A stretch of DNA of 64,000 bases from the human T2T-CHM13v2.0 reference genome, Homo sapiens (GCF_009914755.1 NC_060926.1), one strand, 5' to 3'; positions 1-13,830 are shown, numbered from the stretch's first letter. Numbers and translations: made by a program. Notes: generated from the sequence alone by a model not told the origin.

Positions 1-57
1 AGGTTCCAGGGACTAGGATGCTGACATCTTCAGGGGCCATTATTCTGCCAACCACAG
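1..57 (-). mobile_element. MLT1 (MaLR) LTR terminal fragment
   Basis: ttccagggactaggatg...ggggccattattctgccaaccaca resembles the reverse of an MLT1 5' end. Confidence 0.55.
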
Positions 58-191
58 TGTGTCTTTGATGGCCCCTTTCTTCCCCTTATCCCCCACTCAA
101 TAGCATTTCCTCCTGCACTCGGCCATCTAAGCAGCAGAAGTCCTTTTATCTGACATGATCAGGATGGCTGATGAATTGAAAATGCAGGTTA

Positions 192-538
<347 letters not shown>

Positions 539-542
539 CCTA

Positions 543-860
543 GACCAGGCATAACAGCTCACATCTGTAATCCCAGCACTTTAGGAGGCTGAGGCAGGAG
601 GATAACATGAGCCCAGGATTCGAGACGAGCCTGAGCAACATAGTGAGACGCCATCTCTGCAAAAAGTAATAAAATAAATTAGCTGGGCATGGTGGTGCAT
701 GCCTGGGTCCCAGCTACTTGGGAGGCTGAGACAGGCGGCTGAGGCAGGAGGATCCCTTGAGCCTGGGAGGTCAAGGCTGCAGTGAGCTGTGATCATGCCA
801 CTCTACCTCAGCCTGAGACTCTGTCTCAAAAACAGAAAATAAAATTAAATAAAATAAAAC
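543..860 (+). mobile_element. AluJ, tandem to the previous copy
   Basis: Full dimer with a small internal ggctgag duplication; shares the aaaataaaacctag-type TSD. Confidence 0.9.
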
Positions 861-866
861 CTGGGG

Positions 867-1540
<674 letters not shown>

Positions 1541-1584
1541 AAAAAAATGTTTAAAAAAAAGATACCTAAATAGCTTATGCTAGA

Positions 1585-1742
1585 TCTTCTCAAACTTTAT
1601 TGTACATATGAGTCATGTAGGGAACTAGTTAAAATGCAGATTTGGATTCAGTAGGTCTAGGCTATAGCCAGAGATTCTGTGTTTTCCAAAAAAGCATCCA
1701 GGTGAGGCCAATGCCACAGGTACCACATTTTGGGGAGCAAGA
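1585..1742. mobile_element. MER5 (hAT-Charlie) DNA transposon
   Basis: ttctcaaact...gttaaaatgcagatt..gattcagtaggtct...accacattttg. Confidence 0.75.
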
Positions 1743-2889
1743 ACTTAAACAAAGACCTAGCATACATTCATTTGCCATTTTTTTGTAGAGCCTTCTATGG
1801 ATCCACTGGGGTGAGCCTGTGATATATTTTTTCATAAGCCATGCCCAAAATACATCTTCCATGATTTCCTGCTTTTTTCTAAAATAGATCTGAAACTGAA
1901 AGCCACCCATGAAGCAATCTGAGCTCAGAGCCTGCCTAGAGTTTGATTATTTTTTCTAATATAAATCTCTTACAGGTATATCACCCACACTTAAATCAAT
2001 AGAAATTTTTCAAAAACATTAAACTTGGTTTTTACATAACAAAATGGTTCACTTTTTTGCATGCCTATATAAGTAATATTTATTTAAACCATGTCATTAC
2101 AATAACAAGTCCAAGTGGTAGAAGATTTGCAACAGACATAAGAGGCCCTTGGTGAAGAGGCAACACAGTTGGAACCAGTGAGGGAGGAAACCAGAGAGCA
2201 GAATCCTCACCATGTGCTATGGACATAGTAGATACAGCTCACCAAGGAAATGGATTCTGTTAGGGAGAAGCCAGGAAAGACAGCCTCTATTCCATATTCA
2301 TACCCTTTCCCTCTACCGGTAATCTCGTAAAACCTGGCTGGGGAAAGACCAGGACTCATTCATACAAAGATACAAACAATCAACAAAGTGTAAAGTGTAA
2401 ACCCTTCCATGGGAATTTTCATTTTAACTCCTAAAGGAAGCCTCAAGTTATAGGAATGACTCCCTAATATGTAAATTTTAGGCATTGTTCAGTGAAGGAG
2501 GTACTATGTCACCCCCTTAAACAACCCTAAAATCACACCAGCAATTCTAAAGGACAAACTTAGAGACATACAATGCATTTTCTTATTAAAGCTTCAATAA
2601 AAATGCTTGGCAATAATAAATATTGGTATTTCGTGAATTCAGGACAGGCTTTTTGGGGAAAGTCAACCGAAGACAGATCTGAATTAGGAGAAGGAGTGAA
2701 TGTGTGCTGGGAATGCAAGGATTCACTCTGTAGATCTGACACAGTCAGTGACCTAGACTGAAATCCAGCCATCATTTCAGACAGTGTGCCCTCATCCACT
2801 CCATTGAGGAACACAGCTCCAGGGGCCAGGGGACCTCTCTTTGGAAGGTCCTTTCTGAGTACACAGTTTAGTGCTCCATGGATTCCATG

Positions 2890-3237
2890 TGATATGATTT
2901 GGCTTTGTGTCCCCACCCAAATCTCATTTTGACATAATCTCCACGTGTTGAGGGAGGGAGGTGATTGGATCATGGGGGTGGTTTCGCCCATGCTGTTCTT
3001 CTGATAGTGAGTGAGTTCTCATGAGATCTGATGGTTTTATAAGAGGCTCTTCCCACTTTGCTTTCTCTTCTCTCTCCTGCCACCTTGTGAAGAAGGTGCC
3101 TGCTTCCCTTTTCGCCTTGATTGTAAGTTTCCTGAGGCCTCCCCAGCCATGCAGAACTGTGAGTTAAACTTCTTTCCTTTATAAATTACCCAGTCTCAGG
3201 GAAGTTCTTTATAGCCGTGCGAAAACAGAATAATACA
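2890..3237 (+). mobile_element. THE1/MSTA MaLR solo LTR
   Basis: TGATATG...TAATACA termini; perfect 5-bp TSD CCATG at 2885-2889 and 3238-3242. Confidence 0.92.
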
Positions 3238-3295
3238 CCATGAAAGAAGTCAAAAAGTTAGGAGCAAAAAACGGTCTAAAAAACAGTTAAGCTGA

Positions 3296-4201
3296 GGGGT
3301 TTTTCCTCTCGGAAGTCCCCTCTCTCTCACTAGAGAGAGGGCTCTACTCCTTTCTCTTTCTTCTGCATATTAAACCTCTGCTCCTAAACTCCTCATGTGT
3401 GTCCGTGTCCTAAATTTTCTTGGTACGAGACAACGAACCCCAGGTATTTACCCTAGACAACCTAGCTGCTTCATATTGAGAACCTCGTCCAGGATACCAA
3501 GGTACAACATTCATCAAAATGGTGAGTAGAGGAGTGGACGCCAACTCTGTCCTTCCATTTCGGGGCCCTCAGCCTCCATTTTAGAACCAAATCAAATCAA
3601 TAACGGGTATCCTTCAGCCATTAAGAATATGATTAGTGTGGCTGCCGTTCTTAAAAACTTGGATGTGAGGCTTGCTGGGGAGAACATGGAGAATCCCCCA
3701 GTACCCACGGGTTGCTGGGCATATTGGCCATGTTTGAACCAGCTTCCTTTCACGGAGGACTTAGCCACCTCATGGGGCTGGAAGAGGTCCTGAAGCAACT
3801 GAGGAATTTTGGCTGGGGCTACCCCTGGTGTTATCCAAAGGCTTCTGGACTGACCCCAGCCTCCAACCCTCTGGGTTATCCAAAGGCTTCCGGACTGACA
3901 CCCAATGGGGTGTCGGCAACAGGATCTTCAACTTTCCTATCGTAATTTCCTCCTTTCCTATCTGCGACAGCCATGTCTCCTATCCTCTCTGTGTATGTAA
4001 TGCATGGGAAGTTTTACCGTTCAGGAAAGTAATTCCTAGGTAAATCAGACATCGCCTCCTCAAGCCTGACTATAAAATCAGCACATCCGCCGTCAGCCGG
4101 GCTTTTCCTCTCGAAAGTCCCTTCTCTCTCACTAGAGAGAGATGGATGTTCTCATTTCTCTTTCTTCTACCTATTAAACCTCAACACCTAAACTCCTAAA
4201 G

Positions 4202-4264
<63 letters not shown>

Positions 4265-4272
4265 AGAAAGAA
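3296..4272 (+). mobile_element. L1-processed ERV1 (MER50-like) transcript: R-U5-leader/U3-R-polyA
   Basis: Two R copies (3296-3393, 4099-4197); U5 ends TTCA 3473; degenerate tRNA-Pro PBS ~3476-3495; TATAAAA 4071; ATTAAA 4173; A tail; ~15-bp TSD. Confidence 0.8.
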
Positions 4273-4278
4273 AGAAAG
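4198..4278 (+). repeat. (GAAA)n tetranucleotide STR derived from a poly(A) tail
   Basis: About 15 perfect GAAA units plus about 3 more after one interruption. Confidence 0.97.
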
Positions 4279-4567
4279 TTCAGCTGATAAAATGGATGGT
4301 AGAATGAAAAGGCAAACATGTGGTAAATGGAATCTCCACTAAAGACAGAAAGAGGATGACGGAGGAGGCGTCAGGAGCACTGTATGTAACCATCACGTTA
4401 TAAATCTGTGCTACCCAAATGAGAATCACTAGCACCTCATAAAATAGCCAAGGCAGACACCCAGAATAACCTTACCAGGGTGATGGACAGGGGCTACCAT
4501 TTTGCAAATTGTCACTACCTTTAGCTCCCTCCAACACAACAGTAGACACCCTCACGCATGACAACCA

Positions 4568-4770
4568 GGCACAGTGGTTAAGAGCTTTGGCAGTCAGACC
4601 TATCTGGGTCTAAACCCCAGCTCTAACACTGAGTATGTTATTTAACCCCTCAGTACCTATTTCCTCAACTGAAAAATGGTGATAAAAATCATACCCTCTT
4701 CATAGTACATTGTAAGGCTTAAATGATATTGTTGGTATAAAAATCCTAGCACAGTGGCTCATAGCAAGGA
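4568..4770 (+). mobile_element. MIR SINE
   Basis: cagtggttaagagc...atttaacccctcagt..tttcctcaactgaaaaatgg core. Confidence 0.8.
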
Positions 4771-5529
4771 CTGGAGAGATGTCAGTTCTTTCAATATTAT
4801 CATTCCAGGGCATTTGAAGGACTCATGGTTACTTTTAATCACAGCAACACAGGTTGGCTAGAGGTAAGGTGAGATAACCTTAACAGCAACTTCTAGATTC
4901 ATAGACTTAGAAGGCATGAAAAGTCACCTGCCGTGTTCTGAGAATAGCTAGAAGGGGACACACTTAGAAATCACTCACAAACCCCAGTGGCCCCTAACTC
5001 ACTACCCACGAGTGGTCTCCAAGCTCAGAGCTGTGCCAAAAATCCCAACGAGAACCACTGTCCCTAGATCAATTCACCTCCACGCTTTCCTAAGGCACAC
5101 TCTTGCTTCTCTGGCAAGAAATATGTAGCATCTTTGATAGTGATAGTGATAGGTGAATGTTGGTGGACAAGTCAGCTCTCAATAATCCTTTTCACAAATC
5201 ATGGGTCCCCAGACATGTTATCTAAACTGATATTATTTTTACCAATACCAATAATAGCTTTGGGCTGGACTCAACCGGCTACAGGATAATCCATTCAAGT
5301 CAAATAGTCCACTTTCATCCAGACCTGGGTCTGCTACAGATACCAGTTTACCTAAGACATGAATCTTCCACAGGAAAGGGTGGTGGCATCTAAAGCCCCT
5401 TCTTAAGACATGCCTTCAAAGTGCTTGAAACTCTCACAGCCCCGCTGCCAAAACCCAGCCACCAGGCATCTTGGGAATGCAATTCATGGTGGAGATGTTC
5501 GCAAAGACATTATTTTGTTGAGACTAAGG

Positions 5530-6230
5530 GCATTTTCCTCATCAGTAAACTGGAAACAGCAGCCCTGCCCTGGTGATGGTGGAGATGAAATGTGATGTTG
5601 CATGAAACAGCTCAGCACAGAGTCCACACCTGTTGCCACTGCTGCTGTTGTCCAGCCACCATCCAGGAGAAAAGGAGGATGTGACAGAGCTGAGAGAAGA
5701 AACAAGCAGCTATTTCTACAGCTTTTCCTTAGTCTTTTAAGTGGAGTGTGCACTAAATACCCACTCTTATGGACATCATCTCATTGAACCTTTCCAACCA
5801 CCATTTTCACGGACCAGGAACAAGGCCAGGGGACGTTCTGTAACTTGCCGAGGCTGCAAAGGAAGTCAGGGGCAGAGCTAGGGCTCTTGACTCTAACTTC
5901 TGAGTTTCTTTCTCCTTGAAGAACATCAGTCCCCTCCCAGAACAGAAATCAGACGCCTCTCTGGGCCTCCCCAGCATTGCCATTTTTATATCAAGTAAAT
6001 GTTAGTGAGAAGGATCTTTGAAACGTGCAAAGTGCTCTGCTAAGCACAGTACCTGCAATGTCACATGAAATACTCCCAAACACCCAATGAAATGTCAACT
6101 GCACATCACAGATGAAGAACTTGATGCCCCGGGAAGTTATTCATCTGTGAAGTTAAGCAAGTGGCTCAAGATCACACAGCCAGTAAAAAGAAGAGTCCTA
6201 GGATTCCAACCCAGGTCAGCCCAATTTCAA
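5530..6230. mobile_element. Three degraded MIR fragments (~5530-5620 +, ~5770-5900 -, ~6100-6230 -)
   Basis: MIR core words (tttcctcatc.gtaaa; acagatgaagaa; aacttgcc; caagatcacacagc). Confidence 0.55.
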
Positions 6231-6457
6231 GTAACCATACATTTAGATCAACTGGGCTGAAGATAAAAAGGAACACCCCTAAGAGTTTGCTTTTGCTACA
6301 CTCACAAAAATCCAGCATGTAAAGGATTCAGGAAGGCACTCTAAGAAAAGGACTTGAAATTGCAGAAGACCTAAGTGTGGAGGAGAATCAAGGCCAGAGA
6401 GGGACTCTAAAGGCTATGATATTTAGACATGAACCAGCACTTGTTCAGGCAATTTAA

Positions 6458-6755
<298 letters not shown>

Positions 6756-7959
6756 ATAACCTGTTTAATTTTTAAACAGAAAAAAAAAAAATGAAAAGAG
6801 AGAGAGACAGTTAAGGTCTTTTTTTTTCTTTTGAACAGCAAAGTACTCAACCAGGGAATACTCTCTGCCCCCACATCATCCATCATATGATGCTGCACGT
6901 TTTCTGAGACCACCAACTGTGTATGAGTGTGGAATTTTTCCCTCAAGGAAAGTGGCTGAAACTCAGTCACATGAGACTCCTATAACTGTGCCGGACAGAG
7001 CTGAGGAAAGACGGAAAGACACCCTGGGGAATGCTCTGCCTGGTGGGAGGGAAGGCGAGATGACCCAAGGGTGCTGAGCTCTTCAAGCCTCACATCTCTG
7101 ATTCCATACACAGCATCCTGGAAGGGACACATCTCACCCAGCAGGTACACCATGGAAGGCATCCAAGGTCCCATGGGCCTTGGGGACCGGGCACCACTTT
7201 AAGGCATGTCTGGCTCCTCACCAGCATGGCGGGCCCTGCTGACTGAGGCATAGGGAGGCCACACGGGCTTCTGCCTGGCACAGCCAGGACCACCCTAGGC
7301 ACCAGGATGCTCAGAGCCCACCCCTTGGCATGCTGCCCAAGCTGATGGATTGCATCCTGTCAGGATATTGATCCTGATGAACTAGGAGACCCTTGGCTAT
7401 GATTAAATGAACCTGAGCATAAAAAAAGTCATGAGCTATAGATGATACCCTGCCACTTGGGAGACATTGCCAGAAAATCAACTCCAAACAGCTCTAATGG
7501 AATGTGATCGAGACTTTAAGCATCTAGGGAGCGGGGTGAGAGGAAGTTCTTCACAGCCAGAGATGCCTTCCAGAGTCTGGAAGGCCCATTCACTCGGCCT
7601 GCAAACCCTGAGTCTGTGTGCCTACGGGCAGTGCTTGAGTCCTTCCAGACCCAAGGCTGAGCCCGAAGAAACGGAAGGGCCCCTCAATAGCTTCCAGCCA
7701 TGGAAAAGACTTGTGCAGAAGTGGATAGGGAGGTGGATAATGTGGCATGGCTCTTCGGTGGGATCTGAAAACCTGAATGAAGCTGCATCAATGCAGTTTT
7801 CAGGATGTGTCTTCACTGAGGGCAGGTTCTGCGTCTAACTCACCTTTCTCTTCCCCACATCAGATATTCCACCCGACAACACGCTTCCATTCTCACTGAA
7901 CCCAGTGAAGCTAGTGGGCAGAGTCCAGTGCCCTCAGTCACTCAGTGTGCCTCCAGCTG

Positions 7960-8920
7960 ACACCCCTGAGCATGTACTGTGTGCCAGGAAGACCTCGGAG
8001 CTCTGCCCTATGGAGCCCCCATGCTGGGAGGAAGAACAGGGAAAACACAGCGAGGCCACGGCTAGGAAAGTTACAATGCAGCGTAATGGACACAACGACA
8101 GAAGAGCCCCACTCCACACCCAGGCAGGGAGAGAGGTCAGCTGAGGAAGATTCTTGGGGGCCCAGTTGTGATTCTAGGAGAAGAGAGCGAGCTCCTGGGC
8201 CTGGGGGAGCGGGATGACAGCCACAGGGGTTAGAGCTTATAAGACTTGTGATTGGTTTTCTTCACAAAAATCACAACAGGATGAGAAGCAGAGGAGTGAC
8301 ACCATCACATCCACATTTAGCAAGTTCTTTTTTTTTTTTTTAGATTGAGTCTTGCTCTGTCACCCAGACTGGAGTGCAGTGGTGTGATCTCTTCTCACTG
8401 CAACTTCTGCCTCCCAGCTCAAGTGATTCTCCTGCCCCAGCCTCCCGAGTAGCTGGGATTACAGGTGCATGCCACCACACCCAGCTGATTTAGCAAGTTC
8501 TTTCTGACTGCATTTGGGGACGGGATGGAAGGATGGCAGAGGGAGGAGCCTGGAGGCAAGGAAAGCAGGTGGGGGGTGCCCACCTGGGGGGCTGTGGGGA
8601 GGTGGGGAAGGGGTACAGATGGAAAGCTCTGTATTGACTGTATTCCCTACTGGCTGTGAGGAATAAAGGAGGAGAAGGAGGCAAGGGTGGCGCCCTGGGT
8701 CTGCCTTGGAAGCCTGGTAGCAAATGGTATCATGGGTGAGGTAGGAAATTCAGGAGCAGGGCAATGGAGAAGAAAACTGCACCAACTCAGGTCAGAGCAT
8801 GCTGAGCTTGAAATACTCCCGGGAGGACTCTGTGGAATGGCGCCGTGGGCGGCTGACCTCTGGATCCAGAGCCCTGGACAGAGGCGGGAAGTGGGCCGGG
8901 ATCTAGGAACCAGCAGGGGA
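7960..8920 (-). mobile_element. Degraded L2 fragments
   Basis: gagcatgtactgtgtgccagg..ctgccctatggagc and gcagaggagtgacaccatc are L2-like; highly diverged. Confidence 0.45.
8331..8487 (-). mobile_element. 5'-truncated Alu (right arm only)
   Basis: Perfect 16-bp TSD ATTTAGCAAGTTCTTT at 8315-8330 and 8488-8503. Confidence 0.92.
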
Positions 8921-9136
8921 AGCTGACACCTGGTAGTCAATGTTCTCCAGAGAAAGCACACGGGGTTATTTAAAACAAGCACCACAGCAAAAGAATAAAT
9001 TGGTATGGCTAAAACCCAGGAAACACCCACGTTTAAGAAAAAGTAGAAAGGGAAAAAAAATCCACAAAGGAGACGTTTTAAAAGCCTGAGAAAGAGAATA
9101 AAAACCAGGAGAGACTGATGGCATGAAAACAAAGGG

Positions 9137-9415
<279 letters not shown>

Positions 9416-9429
9416 TCAAGGACATTGAG

Positions 9430-9520
9430 TCTGATTTGATCTTCACAGCAGCGTTATCGTTCCCATTTTACAGAGAAAAGCTGAGGTCCAGAGAGCCAAG
9501 GAGATTAAGCAACCTGCACA
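9430..9520 (-). mobile_element. MIR fragment
   Basis: cccattttacagagaaaagctgagg. Confidence 0.6.
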
Positions 9521-9587
9521 CTCTCTTACTTTAGAAAACAGGCTCACGTCATCTTCCCATAGCTGCCTCCCACGGGCTCTTAAGTAA

Positions 9588-9639
9588 GTCCCTTCCTTCC
9601 CTTCCTTCCTTCCCTTCCTTCCCTTTCTTTCTTTCTTTC
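9588..9639. repeat. (CTTC)n/(CTTT)n pyrimidine tract
   Basis: Read directly from sequence. Confidence 0.85.
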
Positions 9640-9990
9640 ATAGAAACCTCCTCTTCGTGGTAAAAATAAGTAACCGGGATAGAGTATTCCACACTAATGT
9701 TAAGAAATGAACTGAAGAGATTTCAGGCCTTGGGGGAAGACCAACATTTGTTTAAATCCTTCAGGCCAGCCCCAGCCCATGCCCTCCACAATCCTGGAGG
9801 CTCATCCCTGACAGGTCTACAGGGGTGAGAGTCTGAGAGAAGGGTGGAAACACGGTAGCCCGAGAGACACCCAGAGGGCTGTGTGGGCTACGCGACTTTC
9901 CGCGTGGGTGGAGGGGTCGGGCAGGGTCCCTCCCGGTCCGGGGCCGCTTCTCGAGACAGCCGGGCATCCTCCCTCCCGTGAGCGAGCCTG

Positions 9991-10009
9991 GAGCGCCACC
10001 TAGTGCCCG
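9991..10009 (-). promoter_or_regulatory. CTCF motif in a CpG-rich patch (~9850-10130)
   Basis: GAGCGCCACCTAGTGCCCG against reverse consensus AGYGCCMCCTRGTGG; locally dense CpG outside repeats. Confidence 0.65.
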
Positions 10010-12786
10010 CCAGCAACATGAACACACGCCAAGGAGCGCTGCCAGCGACAGGAGCTGGGCTCCCGGTGTTTGCTCCGTGGTGCTTCTGTCCGAGAGACCC
10101 TGGAACATTCTCAAGTTGTGCGTCTCTCAAATCTTCAGTCTAGTGTGGCCAGTTCCGATGATCTGAAAGGTTTTCCAAAGAGATCTTCTGTGGCCTGAGC
10201 ACCGGGAATGAGGACAACAGCGGGGAGAAATAACAACTACAAGAGTGATCAAAACCCTTAAAAGGCGGAGACAGATGGACAGCCCTGGAAGAGAAACCCA
10301 GTGTCTCAGGGAGAGCTAATAAAAAACTTAAAGAGAAGCAAACATCAACCTTGAAAGCAGCCGCCTTAAGCATTAATACCAGACATGCTGAGTGATATAT
10401 CCGATGGACAAAATTATTTTCCCATGAAAAAAGGGAGAAGCGAGAGGAAAGGAAAGGGAAAAGACATATGCATGTCCATGAGGGAGTTTTTAAAGGGTAA
10501 TAACAATACAGAAAGAGAAAAGTGCATGGTCCTTTGTAGAAATGGGGATGGGGCTGCTTGATTTAGGATTCACCTGATGTGGGAATGATGGAATTTCGCT
10601 CTGCACCCGGCATAAGAGTAAATCAGTCCTGAAATGTACCAGAGAAACCAACAAACACAACATTACCTTCTCCTGCATCTCTCATGGAAAGTGTCCCGAA
10701 GAGGCTCAGCAGAATGGAATTGAGCTGAGCTGCGATGAGAAGGCATATACACTATAAAGAAACATTCTATATAGAAGCAATCAATCCAAGGTGATTCATG
10801 CAATCAGCCAGTCAGAGGTGTAAATCCCACGGGGTGCATGAGGTATGCCACAGCCTGGATGCCTATTTTCTGGGGGCAATGAATGAATGGATTTCTCCCT
10901 CCTTCCCAGGCTCCAGTGCTTTTAGCAATTGGCACTGTGGCAGGATTTATACCATGGTTCTTGTAAATTGTACCTTCTCTCTCTCCTTTTCAAAGATTTC
11001 TTTCAATAAAATGCAGATGGAATTGTTGGAGAGCTGCTTTTCATGTGTTTATAGGTTACTTCTGCTCGGTTGCTTGTGCAGGTGCGTGTCTCTAGGCCTC
11101 TTTGTTTTTTATTTTCTCTGCCTATTAGGGAAATGGAAACATATGGATTCCTTGTTTGGGCCCAGCGGACCTTATAGAATAGGATCCCTGTTGCCTTCCT
11201 CACACATCTTCCTGTAATCACATGTCTCTGAATTAGCCTCTTAATCTCCCAGTGGAAAAGCCGTAATACAGGGAAATACAATAAAATGCATATGCATTCT
11301 GAATGCCAAAGCATTTACAAAGTAGATGGGAATGTGGTCATTTATACAACTGTGTAAGGACAGTCTTAGCTGGCATTGGTTACAATATGAATAAAGAAGT
11401 AGACATTCAAAATGGCAGACATATCTGGTGGTCCAGCAAGCTAATATTTTCAAGTCTAGCTAGAAGAAAAGAAAAAATAGTACTGAAGTGCAAAGAAACT
11501 GGAGGCTTGGATTTGGATCTGAAACTCCAACATAATCATTTCCAGGTTACATGAGCAGTTTAATGCAGAGATTTCATGACTTTTCTTCACCTGGAAGATG
11601 AAGAATCTAGAAACATATGTGGAGTGTTCTCAGAAATGCATAGAAACAAATGGTGAAGGCCTGCTATAGATAATATCCCCATGTTTTAATTCCCATTGTA
11701 AATAAAGATCCCATTTACTGAAGGCGGCATATGTTTTATTAATATGCCCCACTACGGCCCTTTAGGAAGAGGCAATAAGCAAATGTTCACCCAAGAGGCT
11801 GTCCACCATCCCCAGCAGAGTGCTTATTAAGACTAATAGGAACGAACATACAGCATCTATGTTGCGAAAATTTCAGGAAAAGAAAAGCCCGCAGCTAGAG
11901 ATGGTTGTTTTGCAGTCCTTCTTCCAAATCACTATAAGGACAGCCTGGCCTCATCAGGAAGGTGAGGAGGTAAAGCGCACAGACGACCATCTCCACCATG
12001 CCTGGACAAAAAGACAGATGTATCCTGTGAGGTCTCAAGCTGGCAGTGTTATGCGATTGGGAAGCCCCAAATGATGTACAGAGGTTCAGACCAAGATGCG
12101 GCTCAGTCCCCCTGTGCTTCTCTGAACCTTTTGGAAACACTGCCAAAGTGGCAGGTGATGAAGTCACACTCTGGAGCCCTGACAACAATGGCCCCTGACC
12201 ATCTTCCTGATACGATGGGTGGGAAACCTGCTCTTCTTGATGGATAGATGAGACTCGGGTGGGGCAGTGACTTTCAGACCCTCACAAACCCTTCCCTAGA
12301 CTGAACCTAGGATAGGAAGGTAGGAACCCCTCAGGAAGAATCTGAAGAGATTCATTGTGTGTAATGAATGATATTACTGCATCTGAAGACTGGAGAATCA
12401 TTGTATGTAATGAATGATATGACTGATGGCACCTTTTTCTCAGACGAACAAAGAGCAAACAGGGAAAAGAACCACCCACAGTGTCTGCATGGAAAACTCT
12501 TACAAGTGACCCACATGACTTGAACTTGATTCTTCTCCTCTCCAATTCATGAATCCAATTCTATACTAGCTCCTTCTCTAAAGAGAGTAAACACCATTGT
12601 CGAGCAGTGAGGTCCTGACCAATGGATTGACCTGCTCCAGTTGTAGCCCGAGCTCAGCTTTGAATGCATAACCTCAGGCAGATTGTGTGACATTTTGAGC
12701 CTGTTTCCAAATCTGCAAAATGAGATGGTTGAGCAAGGTGATTTCTAAAATTGTTTTCAGTCTTAACATGTAGGACTCTACGTATT

Positions 12787-12943
12787 TTGTTGTTTTGATT
12801 TTTTAATTTATATATTTTTTATTTTCACAGACAGGGTCTCACTATGTTGCCCAGGCTGGTCTTGAACTCCAGGACTAAAGTGATCTGCCCACCCTGGCTT
12901 CCCAAAGTGCTGGGATTACAGGCGTGAGCCACCGTGCCTAGCC
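12787..12943 (-). mobile_element. FLAM / Alu left monomer inserted at the end of a MIR
   Basis: Monomer flanked by TSD GGACTCTACG(T/C)ATT at 12773 and 12946. Confidence 0.88.
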
Positions 12944-13439
12944 TTGGACTCTACGCATTAACAGTTAAATATTAACATTAACTCTTAGGATGTGCTGCCT
13001 GTGCCAGGCAAATAGGATACCCATGACTTAGGTGAGCCCAGAGGTGGTTTCCCGACAGAGCAGGGTTTGTCCCCCCACCCTTGTGTGGATTCCCCTTCTG
13101 ACCCCTCAGCCCTCATTCAAGAGGTGGCTGGCCAGAAAAAAAAGGATTGCATGTGTTTTGTCGTGGAAGCATTTTCTCATTTGGTCTCTTATTGCCAGTA
13201 GGAAGATATAATAAATACTAATTAAAATAACTTGATGCAGCATTTTTCATCTTGACAAATAGCTTGTCCCCCATCTTTACACAAACAAATTAGAAAAAGC
13301 ATATGAGGATATATGGCTCTAGACAGAGTAAAAGAACAGGAGCTATACCATGCACTTAGTATATGCCACCAGTTGTACAGTGAGCCTGTGACTGCAGCTA
13401 TTTCAAATGTAATTACCTCAGTCACCCCCCACTGGGCAG

Positions 13440-13830
13440 GGACTCTTAAGGTCTGCTCAGCTTCTAGTGCATGGCTGGTGCTCAATAAATGACAAATGCA
13501 ATTATAATAATTAATAATTCATATATTAATAATGCAATCCCTTTCCCGCGCTCAGTAATTGCCGCCAACAAGCCATGCACACACAGGAACTGGCACTGCC
13601 AGGCGCCCGGGAATTTCTCCACACTTCCATAAACCTGTGTCCAAAGGTCACCTTGAAGAGGCAATCACAGCCGCCTGTTAGTCTAACAAAGATGGCTGGT
13701 TTAAATGCTTCATTTTTTTCCTATCGCCTTCCCGTTTCAAATATTTACAACTCTCTTCGAGACCCAGCCTTGAGAAATAAATGCCCTGTTGACACAGTTG
13801 ATAGCAGTTGATAGCTGTGGAAGATCCTCC
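13440..13830. promoter_or_regulatory. Candidate conserved enhancer
   Basis: Repeat-free; TAAT cluster, GTCCAAAGGTCA (DR1-like), FOX-like TATTTAC/TGTTGAC, tandem CAGTTGATAG. Confidence 0.4.

Noticed and set aside
7163-7183. Short hairpin CCAAGG-T-CCCATGGG-CCTTGG as a small-RNA gene
   Set aside because: Stem too short, with no promoter or family features.
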